DNA of 64,000 bases from the human T2T-CHM13v2.0 reference genome, Homo sapiens, in NCBI RefSeq assembly GCF_009914755.1, contig NC_060933.1, one strand, 5' to 3'. Under the pieces are notes generated by a model. That model was not told the origin of the DNA and did no database searches. It saw only the letters and a program-made list of their open reading frames with translations. Shown one piece after another: positions 14,150 through 29,600 of the stretch (the stretch's first letter is position 1; each line of letters starts with the position of its first letter). The position numbers and the translations under genes were made by a program.

Positions 14150-17100
14150 CGGTTTGATTCCATTCCATTCCATTCCATTCCATTCCGGATGATTCCATTC
14201 CATTGCATTCCATTCCATTCCATTCCCCTGCACTCAGGTTGATTCCATTCCATTCCATTCCACTCCATTCGGTTCCGTTCCATTCCATTCTATTGCATTC
14301 CATTCTATTCGGGTTAATTCCATTCCATTCTATTCCATTCCATTCCATTCCATTCCATTGCAATGGAGTTGATTCCATTCCATTCCATTCCATTCCAGAT
14401 GATTCCATTCCATTGCATTCCATTCCATTCCATTCCCCTGCACTCGTGTTGATTCCATTACCTTCTATTCCATTCCATTCCGTTCCATTCCATTGCATTC
14501 CATTCTATTCCGGTTAATTCCATTCCATTCCATTCCATTCCATTCCATTCCATTCCATTGCAATCGAGTTGATTCCATTCCATTCCTTTCCATTCCATTC
14601 CATTGCCTTGCATTCCAATCGGGTTGATTCCATTCCCTTCTTTCCACTCCATTACATTCCCTTCCATTCCACTCGGAATGATTGATTATATTCCATTCCA
14701 TTCCATTTCATTCCATTGCAATCCATTCCAATCCATTCCATTCCATTCCACTCGAGTTGATTTCATTCCATTCCTTTCCATTCCATTCCATTCCTTTCCA
14801 TTCGAGTTGATTCCATTCCATTCCATTCCATTGCATTCCATTCCATGCCATTCCACTCGGGTTGATTCCATTCCTTTGCATTCCATTCCATTCCATTCCA
14901 TTCCATTCCATTCCATTCCGTTGCATTCCATTCCATTACATTCCGATTGATTCTATTCAACTCCCTTACTCTCCATTACATTCCATTCCATTCGGGTTGT
15001 TCCATTCCATTCCATTCCATTCCACTCCATTCCATTGCACTCGGGTTGATTCCATTCCATTCCATTCCATTCCATTCCATTCCATTCCGGATGATTCCAT
15101 TCCATTGCATTCCGTTCCATTACATTCCCCTGCACTCGCGTTGATTCCATTCCATTCCATTCCATTCCATTCAATTCCATTCCATTACAATTCGTTCCAT
15201 TCCATTCTATTCCCTACCATTCCATTCCATTCCATACCATTCCATTCCATTCCATTCCATTCCATTCCATTCCTTTCCATTCCGTTCCATTCCATTCCAT
15301 TCCATTCTATTCGGGTTAATTCCATTCCATTCCATTCCATTCCATTCCATTCCATTCCTTTCCATTCCATTACGGATGATTCCATTCCATTGCATTCCAT
15401 TCCATTCCATTCCCCTGTACTCGGGTTGTTTCCATTCCATTGCATTCCAATCCATGCCCTTCCACTCGTGTTGATTCCATTCTTTCCATTCCATTCAAGT
15501 TGAATCCATTCCATTGCATTCCATTCAATTCGATTCCATTCGATTGCACTCGGGTTGATTCCATTCCATTGCATTCCATTCCATTCCATTCCATTCCATT
15601 CCATTCCATTCCATTCCGTTCCATTCCATTCCATTACATTCGGATTGATTCTATTCAATTCCCTTACACTCCATTACATTCCATTCCATTCGGGTAGTTT
15701 CCATTCCATTCCATTCCATTCCTCTCCATTCCATTGCACTCGGGTTGATTCCATTCCATTGCATTCCATTCCATTCCATTCAATTCCATTCCGTTCCATT
15801 CCATTCCATTACATTCTAATTGATTCTATTCATCTCCCTTAGTCTCCATTACATTCCATTCCATTCGGGTTGTTCCATTCCATTCCATTCCATTCCACTC
15901 CATTCCATTGCACTCGGGTTGATTCCATTCCATTCCATTCCATTCCATTCCATTCCATTCCGGAAGATTCCATTCCATTGCATTCCATTCCATTCCATTC
16001 CCCTGCACTCGCGTTGATTCCATTCCATTCCATTCCATTCGATTCCATTCCACTCCATTCCATTGCACTCGGGTTGATTCCATTCCATTCCATTCCATTC
16101 CATTCCATTCCGGATGATTCCATTCCATTGCATTCCGTTCCATTACATTCCCCTGCACTCGCGTTGATTCCATTCCATTCCATTCCATTCCATTCAATTC
16201 CATTCCATTACAATTCGTTCCATTCCATTCTATTCCGTACCATTCCATTCCATACCATTCCATTTCATTCCATTCCATTCCATTCCATTCCATTCCGTTC
16301 CACTCCGTTCCATTCCATTCCATTGCATTCTATTCGGGTTAATCCCATTCCATTCCATTCCATTCCATTCTATTCCATTCCATTGCAATCGAGTTGAATC
16401 CATTGCATTTCATTCCATTCCATTCCATTCCATTCCGGAAGATTCCATTCCATTGCATTCCAATCCATGCCATTCCCCTGCACTCGCGTTGATTCCATTC
16501 CATTCCATTCCATTCCATTCCATTCCTTTCTGTTCCGTTCCATTCCATTCCATTCCATTCCATTCCATTCCATTCCATTCCGTTTCATTCCATTCCATTC
16601 CATTCTATTTGGGTTAATTCCATTCCATTCCATTCGATTGCAATCGTGTTGATTCCATTCCATTCCATTCCATTCCATTCCATTCCATTCCATTCCTTTC
16701 CTTTCCATTACGGATGATTCCATTCCATTGCATTCCATTCCATTCCATTCCCCTGTACTCGGGTTGATTCCATTCCATTGCATTCCAATCCATGCCCTTC
16801 CACTCGTGTTGATTCCATTCTTTCCATTCCATTCAAGTTGAATCCATTCCATTGTATTCCATTCCATTCGATTCCATTCGATTGCACTCGGGTTGATTCC
16901 ATTCCATTGCATTCCATTCCATTCCATTCCATTCCATTCCATTCCATTCCGTTCCATTCCATTCCATTACATTCGGATTGATTCTATTCAATTCCCTTAC
17001 ACTCCATTACATTCCATTCCATTCGGGTAGTTTCCATTCCATTCCATTCCATTCCTCTCCATTCCATTGCACTCGGGTTGATTCCATTCCATTGCATTCC

Positions 17101-17240
17101 ATTCCATTCCATTCAATTCCATTCCGTTCCATTCCATTCCATTACATTCGGATTGACTCTATTCAACTCCCTTACTCTCCATTACATTCCATTCCATTCG
17201 GGTTGTTCCATTCCATTCCATTCCATTCCACTCCATTCCA
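14150..17240 (+). repeat. Left flank block, direct paralog of 31315-34690
   Basis: Rare words shared with the right flank: CATTACCTTCT (14456/31621), CTAATTGATTCTATTCATCTCCCTTAGTCTCC (15816/33251), GGGTTAATCCC (16336/33781), CAATCCATGCCATTCCCCTG (16461/33906), CGTTTCATTC (16581/34041). Confidence 0.85.
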
Positions 17241-20200
17241 TTGTACTCTGGTTGATTCCATTCCATTGCATTCCATTCCATTCCATTCCATTCCATTCCG
17301 TTGCATTCCATTCCATTACATTCGGATTGATTCTATTCAACTCCCTTACTCTCCATTACATTCCATTCCATTCGGGTTGTTCCATACCATTCCATTCCAT
17401 TCCACTCCATTCCATTGCACTCGGGTTTATTCCATTCCATTCCATTCCATTCCGGAAGATTCCATTCCATTGCATTCCATTCCATTCCATTCCATTCCAA
17501 TCGAGTTGATTCCATTCCATTGCATTCCATTCCATTCCACTCCATTCCAGTCCTTTCCATTAAATTACACTCGGGTTGATTCCATTCCATTCCACTCCAT
17601 TCCGTTCCATTCCATTCCATTCCATTGTATTCGGGTTAATTCCATTCCATTCCATTCCATTCCATTCCATTCCATTCCATTACAATCGAGTTGATTCCAT
17701 TCCATTCCATTCCATTCCATTCCATTCCATTCCAGTCCTTTCCATTCCATTCCACTCGGGTTGATTCCATTCTATTAGTTTCCATTCCATTCCATTCCCT
17801 TCCATTCCACTCTGGTTGATTCCATTCCTTTCCATTCCACTCGAATACATTCCCTCCTATTCCACTCGGAACGATTCCATTCCATTCCATTCCATTCCAT
17901 TCCAATCCATTCCATTCCATTCCAGTTCGTTCCATTCCGTTCTATTCGGTACCATTCCATTCCATTCCATTCCTTTCCATTCCATTCCTTTCCACTCGTG
18001 TTGATTCTATTCCTTTCCATTCCATTCGGTTTGAAGGCATTCCATTCCATTCAATTACATTCCATTCCATTCCATTCCCTTCCATTCTATTCCATTCCAT
18101 TGCAATCGAGTTGAATCCATTGCCTTTCATTCCATTCCATTCCATTCCATTCCATTCCGGAAGATTCCATTCCATTACATTCCATTCCATTCCATTCCCC
18201 TGCACTCGCGTTGATTCCATTCCATTCCATTCCATTCCATTCTATTCGGGTTAATTCCATTCCATTCCATTCCATTCCATTCCATTCCAATCGAGTTGAT
18301 TCCATTCCATTCCATTCCACTCCATTCCAGTCCTTTCCATTCCATTCCACTCGGGTTGATTCCAATGTATTCCTTTCCATTCCATTCCATTCCATTGCAA
18401 TCGAGTTGATTCCATTGCTTTGCATTCCATTCCATTCCATTCCATTCCGGATGATTCCATTCCATTGCATTCCATTCCATTCCATTCCCCTGCACTCGGG
18501 TTGATTCCATTCCATTCCACTCCATTCCGTTCCATTCCATTCCATTCCATTGTATTCAGGTTAATTCCATTCCATTCCATTCCATTCCATTCCATTACAA
18601 TCGAGTTGATTCCATTCCATTCCATTCCATTCCATTCCATTCCAGTCCTTTCCATTCCATTCCACTCGGGTTGATTCCATTCTATTAGTTTCCATTCCAT
18701 TCCATTCCCTTCCATTCCACTCTGGTTGATTCCATTCCTTTCCATTCCATTTAATTCCATTCCATTCCATTCCATTCCATTCCATTCCAATCCGTTCCAT
18801 TCCTTTCCATTCTATTCCACTGCAATCGACTTGATTCCATTCCATTCCATTCTATTCCATTCCATTCCATTCCATTCCATTCCATTCCATTCCATTTTGT
18901 TCCAATCCATTCTATTCCGAACCATTCCATTCCATTCAATTCCATTCCATTGCATTCCATTCCATGCCATTCCACTCGGGTTGATTCCATTCCATTCCAT
19001 TCCATTCCATTCCATTCCATTCCATTCCATTCCGTTCCATTCCATTTCATTACATTCATTTTGATTCTATTCAATTCCCTTACACTCCATTATATTCCAA
19101 TCCATTCTGGTTGTTTCCATTCCATTCCATTCCATTTCACTCCATTCCATTGCACTCGGTTTGATTCCATTCCATTCCATTCCATTCCATTCCGGATGAT
19201 TCCATTCCATTGCATTCCATTCCATTCCATTCCCCTGCACTCAGGTTGATTCCATTCCATTCCATTCCACTCCATTCGGTTCCGTTCCATTCCATTCTAT
19301 TGCATTCCATTCTATTCGGGTTAATTCCATTCCATTCTATTCCATTCCATTCCATTCCATTCCATTGCAATGGAGTTGATTCCATTCCATTCCATTCCAT
19401 TCCGGATGATTCCATTCCATTGCATTCCATTCCATTCCATTCCCCTGCACTCGTGTTGATTCCATTAACTTCTATTCCATTCCATTCCGTTCCATTCCAT
19501 TGCATTCCATTCTATTCTGGTTAATTCCATTCCATTCCATTCCATTCCATTCCATTCCATTCCATTCCATTCCATTGCAATCGAGTTGATTCCATTCCAT
19601 TCCTTTCCATTCCATTCCATTGCCTTGCATTCCAATCGGGTTGATTCCATTCCCTTCTTTCCACTCCATTACATTCCCTTCCATTCCACTCGGAATGATT
19701 GATTATATTCCATTCCATTCCATTTCATTCCATTGCAATCCATTCCAATCCATTCCATTCCATTCCACTCGAGTTGATTTCATTCCATTCCTTTCCATTC
19801 CATTCCATTCCTTTCCATTCGAGTTGATTCCATTCCATTCCATTCCATTGCATTCCATTCCATGCCATTCCACTCGGGTTGATTCCATTCCTTTGCATTC
19901 CATTCCATTCCATTCCATTCCATTCCATTCCATTCCATTCCACTCCATTGCATTCCATTCCATTACATTCCGATTGATTCTATTCAACTCCCTTACTCTC
20001 CATTACATTCCATTCCATTCGGGTTGTTCCATTCCATTCCATTCCATTCCATTCCATTCCATTCCATTGCACTCGGGTTGATTCCATTCCATTCCATTCC
20101 ATTCCATTCCATTCCATTCCGGATGATTCCATTCCATTGCATTCCGTTCCATTACATTCCCCTGCACTCGCGTTGATTCCATTCCATTCCATTCCATTCC

Positions 20201-21913
20201 ATTCAATTCCATTCCATTACAATTCGTTCCATTCCATTCTATTCCCTACCATTCCATTCCATTCCATACCATTCCATTCCATTCCATTCCATTCCATTCC
20301 ATTCCGTTCCATTCCGTTCCATTCCATTCCATTCCATTCTATTCGGGTTAATTCCATTCCATTCCATTCCATTCCATTCCATTCCATTCCATTCCTTTCC
20401 ATTCCATTACGGATGATTCCATTCCATTGTATTCCATTCCATTCCATTCCCCTGTACTCGGGTTGTTTCCATTCCATTGCATTCCAATCCATGCCCTTCC
20501 ACTCGTGTTGATTCCATTCTTTCCATTCCATTCAAGTTGAATCCATTCCATTGCATTCCATTCAATTCGATTCCATTCGATTGCACTCGGGTTGATTCCA
20601 TTCCATTGCATTCCATTCCATTCCATTCCATTCCATTCCATTCCATTCCATTCCGTTCCATTCCATTCCATTCCATTCGGATTGATTCTATTCAATTCCC
20701 TTACACTCCATTACATTCCATTCCATTCGGGTAGTTTCCATTCCATTCCATTCCATTCCTCTCCATTCCATTGCACTCGGGTTGATTCCATTCCATTGCA
20801 TTCCATTCCATTCCATTCAATTCCATTCCGTTCCATTCCATTCCATTCCATTCGGATTGATTCTATTCAACTCCCTTACTCTCCATTACATTCCATTCCA
20901 TTCGGGTTGTTCCATACCATTCCATTCCATTCCACTCCATTCCATTGCACTCGGGTTTATTCCATTCCATTCCATTCCATTCCATTCCATTCCGGAAGAT
21001 TCCATTCCATTGCATTCCATTCCATTCCATTCCATTCCAATCGAGTTGATTCCATTCCATTGCATTCCATTCCATTCCACTCCATTCCAGTCCTTTCCAT
21101 TCCATTCCACTCGGGTTGATTCCAATGTATTCCTTTCCATTCCATTCCATTCCATTGCAATCGAGTTGATTCCATTGCTTTGCATTCCATTCCATTCCAT
21201 TCCATTCCGGATGATTCCATTCCATTGCATTCCATTCCATTCCATTCCCCTGCACTCGGGTTGATTCCATTCCATTCCACTCCATTCCGTTCCATTCCAT
21301 TCCATTCCATAGTATTCAGGTTAATTCCATTCCATTCCATTCCATTCCATTCCATTACAATCGAGTTGATTCCATTCCATTCCATTCCATTCCATTCCAT
21401 TCCAGTCCTTTCCATTCCATTCCACTCGGGTTGATTCCATTCTATTAGTTTCCATTCCATTCCATTCCCTTCCATTCCACTCTGGTTGATTCCATTCCTT
21501 TCCATTCCATTTAATTCCATTCCATTCCATTCCATTCCATTCCAATCCGTTCCATTCCATTCCATTCTATTCCACTGCAATCGACTTGATTCCGTTCCAT
21601 TCCATTCTATTCCATTCCATTCTATTCCATTCCATTCCATTCCATTCCATTTTGTTCCAATTCATTCTATTCCGAACCATTCCATTCCATTCCATTCCAT
21701 TCCATTGCATTCCATTCCATGCCATTCCACTCGGGTTGATTCCATTCCATTCCATTCCATTCCATTCCATTCCATTCCATTCCTTTCCATTCCATTTCAT
21801 TACATTCATTTTGATTCTATTCAATTCCCTTACACTCCATTATATTCCAATCCATTCTGGTTGTTTCCATTCCATTCCATTCCATTTCACTCCATTCCAT
21901 TGCACTCGGTTTG
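17215..21913 (+). repeat. ~4.70 kb higher-order unit, copy 1 of 3
   Basis: GTACTCTGGTTG at 17243/21942/26641 (4699 apart). ORF-track landmarks recur at 17816/22520/27219, 19620/24329/29028 and 21180/25879/30583. Confidence 0.93.
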
Positions 21914-24900
21914 ATTCCATTCCATTCCACTCCATTCCATTGTACTCTGGTTGATTCCATTCCATTGCATTCCATTCCATTCCATTCCATTCCATTCCGT
22001 TGCATTCCATTCCATTACATTCGGATTGATTCTATTCAACTCCCTTACTCTCCATTACATTCCATTCCATTCGGGTTGTTCCATACCATTCCATTCCATT
22101 CCACTCCATTCCATTGCACTCGGGTTTATTCCATTCCATTCCATTCCATTCCGGAAGATTCCATTCCATTGCATTCCATTCCATTCCATTCCATTCCAAT
22201 CGAGTTGATTCCATTCCATTGCATTCCATTCCATTCCACTCCATTCCAGTCCTTTCCATTAAATTACACTCGGGTTGATTCCATTCCATTCCACTCCATT
22301 CCGTTCCATTCCATTCCATTCCATTGTATTCGGGTTAATTCCATTCCATTCCATTCCATTCCATTCCATTCCATTCCATTCCATTACAATCGAGTTGATT
22401 CCATTCCATTCCATTCCATTCCATTCCATTCCATTCCAGTCCTTTCCATTCCATTCCACTCGGGTTGATTCCATTCTATTAGTTTCCATTCCATTCCATT
22501 CCCTTCCATTCCACTCTGGTTGATTCCATTCCTTTCCATTCCACTCGAATACATTCCCTCCTATTCCACTCGGAACGATTCCATTCCATTCCATTCCATT
22601 CCATTCCAATCCATTCCATTCCATTCCAGTTCGTTCCATTCCGTTCTATTCGGTACCATTCCATTCCATTCCATTCCTTTCCATTCCATTCCTTTCCACT
22701 CGTGTTGATTCCATTCCTTTCCATTCCATTCGGTTTGAAGGCATTCCATTCCATTCAATTACATTCCATTCCATTCCATTCCCTTCCATTCTATTCCATT
22801 CCATTGCAATCGAGTTGAATCCATTGCCTTTCATTCCATTCCATTCCATTCCATTCCATTCCGGAAGATTCCATTCCATTACATTCCATTCCATTCCATT
22901 CCCCTGCACTCGCGTTGATTCCATTCCATTCCATTCCATTCCATTCTATTCGGGTTAATTCCATTCCATTCCATTCCATTCCATTCCATTCCAATCGAGT
23001 TGATTCCATTCCATTCCATTCCACTCCATTCCAGTCCTTTCCATTCCATTCCACTCGGGTTGATTCCAATGTATTCCTTTCCATTCCATTCCATTCCATT
23101 GCAATCGAGTTGATTCCATTGCTTTGCATTCCATTCCATTCCATTCCATTCCGGATGATTCCATTCCATTGCATTCCATTCCATTCCATTCCCCTGCACT
23201 CGGGTTGATTCCATTCCATTCCACTCCATTCCGTTCCATTCCATTCCATTCCATTGTATTCAGGTTAATTCCATTCCATTCCATTCCATTCCATTCCATT
23301 ACAATCGAGTTGATTCCATTCCATTCCATTCCATTCCATTCCATTCCAGTCCTTTCCATTCCATTCCACTCGGGTTGATTCCATTCTATTAGTTTCCATT
23401 CCATTCCATTCCCTTCCATTCCACTCTGGTTGATTCCATTCCTTTCCATTCCATTTAATTCCATTCCATTCCATTCCATTCCATTCCATTCCAATCCGTT
23501 CCATTCCTTTCCATTCTATTCCACTGCAATCGACTTGATTCCATTCCATTCCATTCTATTCCATTCCATTCCATTCCATTCCATTCCATTCCATTCCATT
23601 TTGTTCCAATCCATTCTATTCCGAACCATTCCATTCCATTCAATTCCATTCCATTGCATTCCATTCCATGCCATTCCACTCGGGTTGATTCCATTCCATT
23701 CCATTCCATTCCATTCCATTCCATTCCATTCCATTCCGTTCCATTCCATTTCATTACATTCATTTTGATTCTATTCAATTCCCTTACACTCCATTATATT
23801 CCAATCCATTCTGGTTGTTTCCATTCCATTCCATTCCATTTCACTCCATTCCATTGCACTCGGTTTGATTCCATTCCATTCCATTCCATTCCATTCCGGA
23901 TGATTCCATTCCATTGCATTCCATTCCATTCCATTCCCCTGCACTCAGGTTGATTCCATTCCATTCCATTCCACTCCATTCGGTTCCGTTCCATTCCATT
24001 CTATTGCATTCCATTCTATTCGGGTTAATTCCATTCCATTCTATTCCATTCCATTCCATTCCATTCCATTGCAATGGAGTTGATTCCATTCCATTCCATT
24101 CCATTCCGGATGATTCCATTCCATTGCATTCCATTCCATTCCATTCCCCTGCACTCGTGTTGATTCCATTAACTTCTATTCCATTCCATTCCGTTCCATT
24201 CCATTGCATTCCATTCTATTCTGGTTAATTCCATTCCATTCCATTCCATTCCATTCCATTCCATTCCATTCCATTCCATTCCATTGCAATCGAGTTGATT
24301 CCATTCCATTCCTTTCCATTCCATTCCATTGCCTTGCATTCCAATCGGGTTGATTCCATTCCCTTCTTTCCACTCCATTACATTCCCTTCCATTCCACTC
24401 GGAATGATTGATTATATTCCATTCCATTCCATTTCATTCCATTGCAATCCATTCCAATCCATTCCATTCCATTCCACTCGAGTTGATTTCATTCCATTCC
24501 TTTCCATTCCATTCCATTCCTTTCCATTCGAGTTGATTCCATTCCATTCCATTCCATTGCATTCCATTCCATGCCATTCCACTCGGGTTGATTCCATTCC
24601 TTTGCATTCCATTCCATTCCATTCCATTCCATTCCATTCCATTCCACTCCATTGCATTCCATTCCATTACATTCCGATTGATTCTATTCAACTCCCTTAC
24701 TCTCCATTACATTCCATTCCATTCGGGTTGTTCCATTCCATTCCATTCCATTCCATTCCATTCCATTCCATTGCACTCGGGTTGATTCCATTCCATTCCA
24801 TTCCATTCCATTCCATTCCATTCCGGATGATTCCATTCCATTGCATTCCGTTCCATTACATTCCCCTGCACTCGCGTTGATTCCATTCCATTCCATTCCA

Positions 24901-26612
24901 TTCCATTCAATTCCATTCCATTACAATTCGTTCCATTCCATTCTATTCCCTACCATTCCATTCCATTCCATACCATTCCATTCCATTCCATTCCATTCCA
25001 TTCCATTCCGTTCCATTCCGTTCCATTCCATTCCATTCCATTCTATTCGGGTTAATTCCATTCCATTCCATTCCATTCCATTCCATTCCATTCCATTCCT
25101 TTCCATTCCATTACGGATGATTCCATTCCATTGTATTCCATTCCATTCCATTCCCCTGTACTCGGGTTGTTTCCATTCCATTGCATTCCAATCCATGCCC
25201 TTCCACTCGTGTTGATTCCATTCTTTCCATTCCATTCAAGTTGAATCCATTCCATTGCATTCCATTCAATTCGATTCCATTCGATTGCACTCGGGTTGAT
25301 TCCATTCCATTGCATTCCATTCCATTCCATTCCATTCCATTCCATTCCATTCCATTCCGTTCCATTCCATTCCATTCCATTCGGATTGATTCTATTCAAT
25401 TCCCTTACACTCCATTACATTCCATTCCATTCGGGTAGTTTCCATTCCATTCCATTCCATTCCTCTCCATTCCATTGCACTCGGGTTGATTCCATTCCAT
25501 TGCATTCCATTCCATTCCATTCAATTCCATTCCGTTCCATTCCATTCCATTCCATTCGGATTGATTCTATTCAACTCCCTTACTCTCCATTACATTCCAT
25601 TCCATTCGGGTTGTTCCATACCATTCCATTCCATTCCACTCCATTCCATTGCACTCGGGTTTATTCCATTCCATTCCATTCCATTCCATTGCATTCCGGA
25701 AGATTCCATTCCATTGCATTCCATTCCATTCCATTCCAATCGAGTTGATTCCATTCCATTGCATTCCATTCCATTCCACTCCATTCCAGTCCTTTCCATT
25801 CCATTCCACTCGGGTTGATTCCAATGTATTCCTTTCCATTCCATTCCATTCCATTGCAATCGAGTTGATTCCATTGCTTTGCATTCCATTCCATTCCATT
25901 CCATTCCGGATGATTCCATTCCATTGCATTCCATTCCATTCCATTCCCCTGCACTCGGGTTGATTCCATTCCATTCCACTCCATTCCGTTCCATTCCATT
26001 CCATTCCATAGTATTCAGGTTAATTCCATTCCATTCCATTCCATTCCATTCCATTACAATCGAGTTGATTCCATTCCATTCCATTCCATTCCATTCCATT
26101 CCAGTCCTTTCCATTCCATTCCACTCGGGTTGATTCCATTCTATTAGTTTCCATTCCATTCCATTCCCTTCCATTCCACTCTGGTTGATTCCATTCCTTT
26201 CCATTCCATTTAATTCCATTCCATTCCATTCCATTCCATTCCAATCCGTTCCATTCCATTCCATTCTATTCCACTGCAATCGACTTGATTCCGTTCCATT
26301 CCATTCTATTCCATTCCATTCTATTCCATTCCATTCCATTCCATTCCATTTTGTTCCAATTCATTCTATTCCGAACCATTCCATTCCATTCCATTCCATT
26401 CCATTGCATTCCATTCCATGCCATTCCACTCGGGTTGATTCCATTCCATTCCATTCCATTCCATTCCATTCCATTCCATTCCTTTCCATTCCATTTCATT
26501 ACATTCATTTTGATTCTATTCAATTCCCTTACACTCCATTATATTCCAATCCATTCTGGTTGTTTCCATTCCATTCCATTCCATTTCACTCCATTCCATT
26601 GCACTCGGTTTG
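21914..26612 (+). repeat. ~4.70 kb higher-order unit, copy 2 of 3
   Basis: Offsets of 4699-4709 to copy 1 at all landmarks checked. Private variant GCATTCCGGAAG at 25691. Confidence 0.93.
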
Positions 26613-29600
26613 ATTCCATTCCATTCCACTCCATTCCATTGTACTCTGGTTGATTCCATTCCATTGCATTCCATTCCATTCCATTCCATTCCATTCCGTT
26701 GCATTCCATTCCATTACATTCGGATTGATTCTATTCAACTCCCTTACTCTCCATTACATTCCATTCCATTCGGGTTGTTCCATACCATTCCATTCCATTC
26801 CACTCCATTCCATTGCACTCCGGTTTATTCCATTCCATTCCATTCCATTCCGGAAGATTCCATTCCATTGCATTCCATTCCATTCCATTCCATTCCAATC
26901 GAGTTGATTCCATTCCATTGCATTCCATTCCATTCCACTCCATTCCAGTCCTTTCCATTAAATTACACTCGGGTTGATTCCATTCCATTCCACTCCATTC
27001 CGTTCCATTCCATTCCATTCCATTGTATTCGGGTTAATTCCATTCCATTCCATTCCATTCCATTCCATTCCATTCCATTCCATTACAATCGAGTTGATTC
27101 CATTCCATTCCATTCCATTCCATTCCATTCCATTCCAGTCCTTTCCATTCCATTCCACTCGGGTTGATTCCATTCTATTAGTTTCCATTCCATTCCATTC
27201 CCTTCCATTCCACTCTGGTTGATTCCATTCCTTTCCATTCCACTCGAATACATTCCCTCCTATTCCACTCGGAACGATTCCATTCCATTCCATTCCATTC
27301 CATTCCAATCCATTCCATTCCATTCCAGTTCGTTCCATTCCGTTCTATTCGGTACCATTCCATTCCATTCCATTCCTTTCCATTCCATTCCTTTCCACTC
27401 GTGTTGATTCCATTCCTTTCCATTCCATTCGGTTTGAAGGCATTCCATTCCATTCAATTACATTCCATTCCATTCCATTCCCTTCCATTCTATTCCATTC
27501 CATTGCAATCGAGTTGAATCCATTGCCTTTCATTCCATTCCATTCCATTCCATTCCATTCCGGAAGATTCCATTCCATTACATTCCATTCCATTCCATTC
27601 CCCTGCACTCGCGTTGATTCCATTCCATTCCATTCCATTCCATTCTATTCGGGTTAATTCCATTCCATTCCATTCCATTCCATTCCATTCCAATCGAGTT
27701 GATTCCATTCCATTCCATTCCACTCCATTCCAGTCCTTTCCATTCCATTCCACTCGGGTTGATTCCAATGTATTCCTTTCCATTCCATTCCATTCCATTG
27801 CAATCGAGTTGATTCCATTGCTTTGCATTCCATTCCATTCCATTCCATTCCGGATGATTCCATTCCATTGCATTCCATTCCATTCCATTCCCCTGCACTC
27901 GGGTTGATTCCATTCCATTCCGCTCCATTCCGTTCCATTCCATTCCATTCCATTGTATTCAGGTTAATTCCATTCCATTCCATTCCATTCCATTCCATTA
28001 CAATCGAGTTGATTCCATTCCATTCCATTCCATTCCATTCCATTCCAGTCCTTTCCATTCCATTCCACTCGGGTTGATTCCATTCTATTAGTTTCCATTC
28101 CATTCCATTCCCTTCCATTCCACTCTGGTTGATTCCATTCCTTTCCATTCCATTTAATTCCATTCCATTCCATTCCATTCCATTCCATTCCAATCCGTTC
28201 CATTCCTTTCCATTCTATTCCACTGCAATCGACTTGATTCCATTCCATTCCATTCTATTCCATTCCATTCCATTCCATTCCATTCCATTCCATTCCATTT
28301 TGTTCCAATCCATTCTATTCCGAACCATTCCATTCCATTCAATTCCATTCCATTGCATTCCATTCCATGCCATTCCACTCGGGTTGATTCCATTCCATTC
28401 CATTCCATTCCATTCCATTCCATTCCATTCCATTCCGTTCCATTCCATTTCATTACATTCATTTTGATTCTATTCAATTCCCTTACACTCCATTATATTC
28501 CAATCCATTCTGGTTGTTTCCATTCCATTCCATTCCATTTCACTCCATTCCATTGCACTCGGTTTGATTCCATTCCATTCCATTCCATTCCATTCCGGAT
28601 GATTCCATTCCATTGCATTCCATTCCATTCCATTCCCCTGCACTCAGGTTGATTCCATTCCATTCCATTCCACTCCATTCGGTTCCGTTCCATTCCATTC
28701 TATTGCATTCCATTCTATTCGGGTTAATTCCATTCCATTCTATTCCATTCCATTCCATTCCATTCCATTGCAATGGAGTTGATTCCATTCCATTCCATTC
28801 CATTCCGGATGATTCCATTCCATTGCATTCCATTCCATTCCATTCCCCTGCACTCGTGTTGATTCCATTAACTTCTATTCCATTCCATTCCGTTCCATTC
28901 CATTGCATTCCATTCTATTCTGGTTAATTCCATTCCATTCCATTCCATTCCATTCCATTCCATTCCATTCCATTCCATTCCATTGCAATCGAGTTGATTC
29001 CATTCCATTCCTTTCCATTCCATTCCATTGCCTTGCATTCCAATCGGGTTGATTCCATTCCCTTCTTTCCACTCCATTACATTCCCTTCCATTCCACTCG
29101 GAATGATTGATTATATTCCATTCCATTCCATTTCATTCCATTGCAATCCATTCCAATCCATTCCATTCCATTCCACTCGAGTTGATTTCATTCCATTCCT
29201 TTCCATTCCATTCCATTCCTTTCCATTCGAGTTGATTCCATTCCATTCCATTCCATTGCATTCCATTCCATGCCATTCCACTCGGGTTGATTCCATTCCT
29301 TTGCATTCCATTCCATTCCATTCCATTCCATTCCATTCCATTCCACTCCATTGCATTCCATTCCATTACATTCCGATTGATTCTATTCAACTCCCTTACT
29401 CTCCATTACATTCCATTCCATTCGGGTTGTTCCATTCCATTCCATTCCATTCCATTCCATTCCATTCCATTGCACTCGGGTTGATTCCATTCCATTCCAT
29501 TCCATTCCATTCCATTCCATTCCGGATGATTCCATTCCATTGCATTCCGTTCCATTACATTCCCCTGCACTCGCGTTGATTCCATTCCATTCCATTCCAT

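Noticed and set aside
14675-14690. GGAATG on the + strand (also 43384, 54214 and core copies) as a possible inversion breakpoint
   Set aside because: It is a single 5-6 bp word flanked by CATTC on both sides. The 43384 and 54214 cases are one substitution from CGGATTGATT.
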